A stretch of DNA of 64,000 nucleotides from Arenicellales bacterium. GTDB taxonomy: Bacteria; Pseudomonadota; Gammaproteobacteria; Arenicellales; JAJDZL01. Below are positions 59,088 through 64,000 of the stretch, one piece after another (the first letter of the stretch is position 1; every line of letters starts with the position of its first letter). The stretch lies in assembly GCA_965219265.1 (NCBI GenBank), contig OZ244730.1:3047767-3111766 (forward strand), given 5' to 3'. The notes beneath the pieces are model-generated. The model worked only from the letters and a program-made list of their open reading frames with translations. It was not told where the DNA came from and made no database searches. Position numbers and translations under genes: made by a program.

Positions 59088-60716
59088 ATGAATATCCCTA
59101 CGCATTTTCAACGGCTGTGGCAGATTGGAAAAATTGTTCGTCAATATGGACTGGATGCGGATTTAGAACCCTACCTTAAATTCCGGCTGGCCAAATACCT
59201 GATGAGTCTGCTGTTTGGCGCATCCGACTATGATCAGGGGAAGTCATTTGCAGTACGTTTGCGGGAAGCGCTTCAAGAGCTGGGGCCCATTTTTGTCAAG
59301 TTTGGTCAAATCATGTCGACTCGTCCGGATCTGTTTCCTGAGGACATAATTCAGGAACTGAGCCTGCTGCAGGATCAGGTTCCGGCATTCGACAGCAGAG
59401 AGGCAAAAGCAATCATTGAAAAGTCTTTGGGTGGGCCGATTGAATCGATTTTCAGCCAGTTCGATGAAATCTCCGTAGCTTCAGCTTCGGTTGCTCAGGT
59501 ACATCACGCAGTACTGCAGAACGGAGACGAAGTTGTTGTTAAAGTGTTGCGCCCGGATGTTAACAGTCAGATCAGCCGTGATGTTGAAGTCATGCTGATA
59601 CTGGCGAGACTGTTCAGGATGTTTTGGCCGAAAGCAAAAAATTACCATGCAGTCGAAGCCGTCAAAACCTACGGAGAGACTATGGTCAACAGCCTGGATC
59701 TGATGATTGAAGCTGCCAATGCGAACCGTTTTCGAACCCGGTTTCAAGAAGATGAATTTGTTTATGTTCCAAAGGTTTACTGGAACCATACTTATTCAAA
59801 TGTGATGGTGATTGAGCGGGTGGGCGGAATTCCAATCCGAGAAATTGAAAACATGAAGAGTGCCGGCATTGATTTGACGGAACTGGCTGAAAATCTAGTC
59901 AAGTCATTTTTCATACAGGCATTCTATGACGGTTTTTTTCATGGTGATCTTCATCCTGGCAATCTGTTTGTATCGGATTCTGGGCAGCTTAGGATCGTTG
60001 ATTTCGGCATCATGGGGAATTTGACTGATGTTGATCGACAGTATCTTGCAGAAAACATCATGGCGATTTTGCGTCGGGATTACCAAGCTGCTGTTGATGC
60101 ACACATCCGCGCTGGCTGGGCGCCGCACGACATTTCACTGCAGCGCTTTGAAGTCAGCATCCGAACGTTGTGTGAGCAATACGTCAATCAGCCAGTTGGA
60201 GAAATTTCATTCGGCAGGCTGATGGGGAGAATGTTTCGCATGACTCGTGAATTTGGAATCAACATTCAGCCGCAGTTGCTCCTGTTTCAGAAAACCTATC
60301 TGAATCTGGAAGGTCTGACGAGAATGCTTGATCCAGAACTTGACATATCGAAAACTGTGAGCCCGGTACTTGAAAACTGGGCAAGACAGCGATTTAGCGT
60401 CGGTAGACTGAATGAGAACATCAAGATGGAATCACCGCACTGGATATCGGTTGCTCCTGAAATTCCTCGATTGGTGCACAGCGTGCTCTCAAATATGCAG
60501 GAAAATCAGATGCGCGAACAAGGCATCGGCAGCGAGCGTTCATCGCGCGGACCGGATGCGAGATACAGGGGGTTCTTTTTTGCATTGCTAGGTAGTGCAA
60601 CACTCATCGCTGCTATTCTGGACTGGAACAGCGACGGATTTGGATTTCTTACACTCTTGCTGGGCGTGGCTACCGCCGTCTGTTTGAATATTGCTTGGCC
60701 ACGTAAGAAGAGCTGA
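59088..60716 (+). CDS. ubiB: Ubiquinone biosynthesis regulatory protein kinase UbiB (ABC1 family)
   Basis: ELGPIFVKFGQIMSTRPDLFP, ASVAQVH, HGDLHPGNLFV and C-terminal TM helices. The ATG at 59088 follows the ubiJ stop. Confidence 0.9.
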   Translation: MNIPTHFQRLWQIGKIVRQYGLDADLEPYLKFRLAKYLMSLLFGASDYDQGKSFAVRLREALQELGPIFVKFGQIMSTRPDLFPEDIIQELSLLQDQVPAFDSREAKAIIEKSLGGPIESIFSQFDEISVASASVAQVHHAVLQNGDEVVVKVLRPDVNSQISRDVEVMLILARLFRMFWPKAKNYHAVEAVKTYGETMVNSLDLMIEAANANRFRTRFQEDEFVYVPKVYWNHTYSNVMVIERVGGIPIREIENMKSAGIDLTELAENLVKSFFIQAFYDGFFHGDLHPGNLFVSDSGQLRIVDFGIMGNLTDVDRQYLAENIMAILRRDYQAAVDAHIRAGWAPHDISLQRFEVSIRTLCEQYVNQPVGEISFGRLMGRMFRMTREFGINIQPQLLLFQKTYLNLEGLTRMLDPELDISKTVSPVLENWARQRFSVGRLNENIKMESPHWISVAPEIPRLVHSVLSNMQENQMREQGIGSERSSRGPDARYRGFFFALLGSATLIAAILDWNSDGFGFLTLLLGVATAVCLNIAWPRKKS

Positions 60717-60744
60717 TCCGAATTATCTGTGCTAAATTTGGAAT

Positions 60745-63090
60745 TTAGAGTTTGACGCGCCGCAGCCGCAATGCATTGCTGATCACTGAAACGGAAGACA
60801 GGCTCATTGCAGCTGCCGCAAATACCGGTGACAGAAGCACACCAAAGAATGGATACAGCACACCAGCTGCGATTGGAACTCCGATCATGTTGTAGACGAA
60901 AGCGAAGAACAGATTTTGACGAATATTCCTCATGGTCGCTTCTGCCAATGATCTGGCACGAACGATTCCCTGCAGGTCACCACTCAGTATGGTTATGTCA
61001 GCACATTCCAGTGCGACATCCGCTCCGCTTCCCATGGCGATTCCGACATCGGATTGAGCCAGAGCCGGTGCATCATTGATTCCGTCTCCGGCCATTGCAA
61101 CCGGAAAACCTTGTTTCTGGAGGTCTTTCATGATTTCCACTTTGTCCTGAGGCAGGGCGGCAGCGTGCACTGATTCAATACCGCATTTGGCTGCTATGGC
61201 ATTGGCAGTGATAGGTTGATCTCCAGTTGCCATGATTACGCGAATTCCCTGTGATTGAAGTGCTTGAATGGAAGCGGCAGTGGTCTCCTTGATCGGATCA
61301 GAGATTTCAATCAATCCTTCAAGTTGATTGTCAATCGCAAGAAAGACGATTGTGCTTTCAACGGCGATTTGATTGTCAGTAGCAAGGAAGGAGCCGCAGT
61401 CTTCTATGCCGAGTGATTCAAGAAATCTCGCACTACCAATTGCCACCTGTTTACCGTCGACATTGCTTGTGACTCCCATTCCGGGAACCGCTTCAAAATC
61501 CTCAGATAGAAAGACTTTTGCGCCTGCGAGTTCTGCACCGGCAACGATAGCCGAAGAGAGCGGATGTTCACTAACTCGAGAAACTGCTGCGGCGTAGGCA
61601 AGCGCTTGTTTGGGTGACTGATTCTTAGTCCTGATATCGATCAGTTCAGGTTTTCCAAGTGTAAGAGTTCCAGTTTTGTCGATCACCAGCGTTTGGATTT
61701 TTGCCAGAGTCTCCAATGCTTCGGCATCTTTTATCAGAACACCGCCTAGAGCGGACCGTCCTACCGCAACCATGATCGACATCGGTGTTGCAAGCCCGAG
61801 TGCGCAAGGACAGGCAATAATAAGTACTGATACGAATGCAACAAGAGCGAATGTCGCTGCTGGATTTGGGCCAACAAGACTCCATATGACAAAAGTCAGC
61901 ACCGAAACTCCAACAACGACCGGTACAAACCATCCAGCTACCAGATCTGCCAGTCTTTGAATGGGAGCCCGGCTGCGCTGGGCTTTGGCTACCATGTCGA
62001 TGATCTGCGACAAGACTGTTTCAGATTGTTGTCGTTCGACCCGCATCACGAAAGAGCCGGTTCCGTTAATGGTTCCGGCCTTGACTGAATCACCGGCTTG
62101 TTTTTCAACTGGAACAGGTTCTCCAGTCAGCAAAGATTCGTCAACACTGGATGATCCTTTATGAATGACCCCGTCCAGAGGGATACTGTCGCCTGGGCGC
62201 ACCTGCAACAAGTCATCGGTTGCGATGGAGTCGAGTTCGACTTCTTCCAGTTCACCACTATCCTTCAGTCTCAAAGCCGTTGGAGGCATCAGGCTCAGTA
62301 GCGACTTGATTGCATTTCCAGTTCTTTCGCGGCCTTTCAATTCCATAATCTGACCGAGAAGCACTAGCACAATGATGGCGGAAGAGACTTCAAAATAAAC
62401 TCCTAGCTCCAAACCGGCATCACCGAATACGGGTGCAAACAACTCAGGAAAAAGAACGAATCCAACACTGGACAGGTAAGCGACCGAAGTGCCGAGCGCG
62501 ATCAAGGTAAACATGTTCAAAGCTCGATTTCGTACGGAAACCCATCCTCGCTTCAGGAAAGGCCAGCCGCACCAGCAGACGATCGGAGTTGACAGCAGCA
62601 TCTGAATCCACATCGATGCTTTGAGCGGAACGACACTGTGCAGAGGAATTCCTAGGTGAGGACTCATAGCAAGAATCAGAACAGGCACGCCTAACGTTAC
62701 GCCAATCCAGAATCTTCGCGTAAATTCAATCAGTTCCAGATTCGGTCCTTCGTCAATCGCTGGAATATCCATAGGTTCCAGCGACATCCCGCAACTAGGA
62801 CAATCTCCCGGACCCATCTGTACTACTTCCGGGTGCATCGGACAGGTAAACCGCACATCAGATGGGGAGTCTAGAGAAGAGTATTTGTCGTGAAACTCAC
62901 CACTATCCTTTGGCGGATTCAGGAATTTCTGTGGGTCAGTCTGAAACTTTGCAAGACACCCATTGCAGCAGAACCAGTAAGACTGGCCTTCAAATTCGCA
63001 GTTGTGGGAAGACGTATCTGGATCAACCAACATCCCGCAAACAGGATCTCGAATCTCATTTAGTTCAGTAGGGTTCAAAACTTTGTCCAT
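60745..63090 (-). CDS. copA: Copper-translocating P1B-type ATPase with N-terminal TRASH/YHS-like and Cys-rich metal-binding modules
   Basis: [26 protein letters not shown]-terminal CGM...CCNGC and CPMHPEV...CPSCGM replace a classical MxCxxC HMA domain. Confidence 0.9.
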   Translation of the reverse strand: MDKVLNPTELNEIRDPVCGMLVDPDTSSHNCEFEGQSYWFCCNGCLAKFQTDPQKFLNPPKDSGEFHDKYSSLDSPSDVRFTCPMHPEVVQMGPGDCPSCGMSLEPMDIPAIDEGPNLELIEFTRRFWIGVTLGVPVLILAMSPHLGIPLHSVVPLKASMWIQMLLSTPIVCWCGWPFLKRGWVSVRNRALNMFTLIALGTSVAYLSSVGFVLFPELFAPVFGDAGLELGVYFEVSSAIIVLVLLGQIMELKGRERTGNAIKSLLSLMPPTALRLKDSGELEEVELDSIATDDLLQVRPGDSIPLDGVIHKGSSSVDESLLTGEPVPVEKQAGDSVKAGTINGTGSFVMRVERQQSETVLSQIIDMVAKAQRSRAPIQRLADLVAGWFVPVVVGVSVLTFVIWSLVGPNPAATFALVAFVSVLIIACPCALGLATPMSIMVAVGRSALGGVLIKDAEALETLAKIQTLVIDKTGTLTLGKPELIDIRTKNQSPKQALAYAAAVSRVSEHPLSSAIVAGAELAGAKVFLSEDFEAVPGMGVTSNVDGKQVAIGSARFLESLGIEDCGSFLATDNQIAVESTIVFLAIDNQLEGLIEISDPIKETTAASIQALQSQGIRVIMATGDQPITANAIAAKCGIESVHAAALPQDKVEIMKDLQKQGFPVAMAGDGINDAPALAQSDVGIAMGSGADVALECADITILSGDLQGIVRARSLAEATMRNIRQNLFFAFVYNMIGVPIAAGVLYPFFGVLLSPVFAAAAMSLSSVSVISNALRLRRVKL

Positions 63091-63128
63091 GACCGATATT
63101 CGTTGTACAAGTCAAATTTTCTATACAC

Positions 63129-63151
63129 AAGCATGAACGATTTTCATGCTT
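63129..63151. promoter_or_regulatory. Palindrome in the copA upstream region (possible operator)
   Basis: AAGCATGAA-cgatt-TTCATGCTT has 9-bp perfect arms and lies 39 nt upstream of the copA start. Confidence 0.3.
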
Positions 63152-63179
63152 TTCCTTGCTTGTTGAACTGCGTGTGTTG

Positions 63180-63218
63180 TTGACACCAGAATGATAACCT
63201 AGTATTATACTTGGTTAT
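63180..63218 (+). promoter_or_regulatory. iscR promoter with overlapping IscR-type palindromic operator
   Basis: TTGACA (63180-63185), a 17-nt spacer, then TATTAT (63203-63208). The 25-bp near-palindrome ATAACCTAGTAT-T-ATACTTGGTTAT (63194-63218) covers the -10 box, as expected for IscR autoregulation. Confidence 0.55.
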
Positions 63219-63241
63219 TATTCCCATTCGGACACAGAACA

Positions 63242-63727
63242 ATGAAATTGACAACCAGAGGTCGTTATGCGGTTACGGCAATGATGGACCTGGCACTGCA
63301 GGAATCCATCAATAAACCGGTGACTTTGAAGAGCATCGCAGACCATCAGGAAATCTCGATTGCTTACCTTGAGCATTTGTTTGCAAAACTAAAAGCCAAA
63401 CATCTAGTGCGAGGAGTACGCGGCCCCGGCGGAGGTTATAAACTGGCACGACCCGCTGAGGAAATTTCAATATTCGAGATAATCAACGCCGTTGATGAAT
63501 CTGTCGATGTGACACGCTGTCACGGCAGGGAGGATTGCCAGGATGGTGAAGTTTGTCTGACCCACGAACTTTGGACTCAATTGAGTAACAAGATGATGTT
63601 TTTCCTGGACGAACTCATGCTCGGCAATATCGTTCAGACATCTCAAGTGCGCGAGGTAGCCAAGCGCCAGTCAATTCTCTGTGGAGATAAGAATCAGCCT
63701 CAGACTCAGCACGTAGCATTTTCGTAA
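63242..63727 (+). CDS. iscR: Rrf2-family Fe-S cluster assembly transcriptional regulator IscR
   Basis: MKLTTRGRYAVTAMMDLA... with three-Cys cluster ligands (C-x5-C-x5-C: CHGREDCQDGEVC). Confidence 0.9.
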   Translation: MKLTTRGRYAVTAMMDLALQESINKPVTLKSIADHQEISIAYLEHLFAKLKAKHLVRGVRGPGGGYKLARPAEEISIFEIINAVDESVDVTRCHGREDCQDGEVCLTHELWTQLSNKMMFFLDELMLGNIVQTSQVREVAKRQSILCGDKNQPQTQHVAFS

Positions 63728-63770
63728 ACAGCTGGAAAATACTTAATACACACAACAGGAACCAAATACC

Positions 63771-64000
63771 GTGGACCAAGCAACTGCCGCAGATATTAGC
63801 GGTTTCGTACAAAGAGAATATAAGGAAGGATTCGTTACGGATATTGAATCCGATACGTTTCCTCCAGGATTGGACGAAGATGTCGTAATTGCATTGTCGG
63901 CCAAGAAAGAAGAGCCTAAATTCATGCTCGATTGGCGCCTCAATGCCTTTGCTCGCTGGAAGAAAATGCAGGAGCCGGTTTGGGCGCACGTCAAATATAC
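63771..64000 (+). CDS. sufB: Fe-S cluster assembly protein SufB (5' part; continues beyond the window)
   Basis: From GTG 63771: VDQATAADISGFVQREYKEGFVTDIESDTFPPGLDEDVVIALSAKKEEPKFMLDWRLNAFARWKKMQEPVWAHVKY. This is a typical SufB N-terminus. It is absent from the track because it is open-ended. Confidence 0.85.
   Translation, partial: MDQATAADISGFVQREYKEGFVTDIESDTFPPGLDEDVVIALSAKKEEPKFMLDWRLNAFARWKKMQEPVWAHVKY

Overview
This is a 64 kb chromosomal window from a moderately AT-rich proteobacterial genome. Its conserved gene blocks (aroQ-accB-accC-prmA, adk-hemB, ubiE-ubiJ-ubiB, dapF-xerC, iscR-sufB) look gammaproteobacterial; that is inference from synteny only. Left part: a cobalamin-riboswitch-controlled, translationally coupled btuB-btuF-btuC-btuD-tonB operon on the minus strand. 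Its TonB is at least 603 codons long with an acidic linker. Divergent from the operon is a cobQ gene interrupted by two in-frame TAG codons at conserved Gln positions. Next come a desaturase and a decayed locus holding a truncated molybdopterin-oxidoreductase fragment and an orphan Fur-box promoter that appears to drive a ~150 nt sRNA. These are followed by a Fur-box-controlled Fe3+ ABC importer and a ScsB/DsbD-like plus TlpA-like redox pair. Middle part: housekeeping genes, including a 5-aminolevulinate synthase, interleaved with accessory DNA. Two visibly GC-rich foreign insertions are present: ~1.1 kb carrying vapBC, and ~5.6 kb carrying an IS110 element, an AbiEi / AbiEii-WYL-zinc-ribbon pair and an RHH protein. 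Each is bracketed by a diverged ~0.32 kb duplicate of the end of the adjacent host gene. A methyltransferase-HNH fusion gene and an AT-rich orphan gene lie between them. Right part: betC, an orphan antitoxin, zapE, cysQ, dapF, xerC, and the PPi module hppA / pfp. A small island between pfp and adk carries an AAA-ATPase + DUF4276 pair and a transposase remnant. The window ends with adk, hemB, ubiEJB, copA, iscR and the start of sufB. I saw no rRNA, tRNA or CRISPR array. The candidates most worth follow-up are the AbiEii-WYL fusion, the MTase-HNH fusion, the ATPase/DUF4276 pair, the repeated gene-end-duplication island architecture, the amber-interrupted cobQ and the Fur-controlled sRNA candidate. 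All domain calls come from reading motifs by eye; no searches were run.
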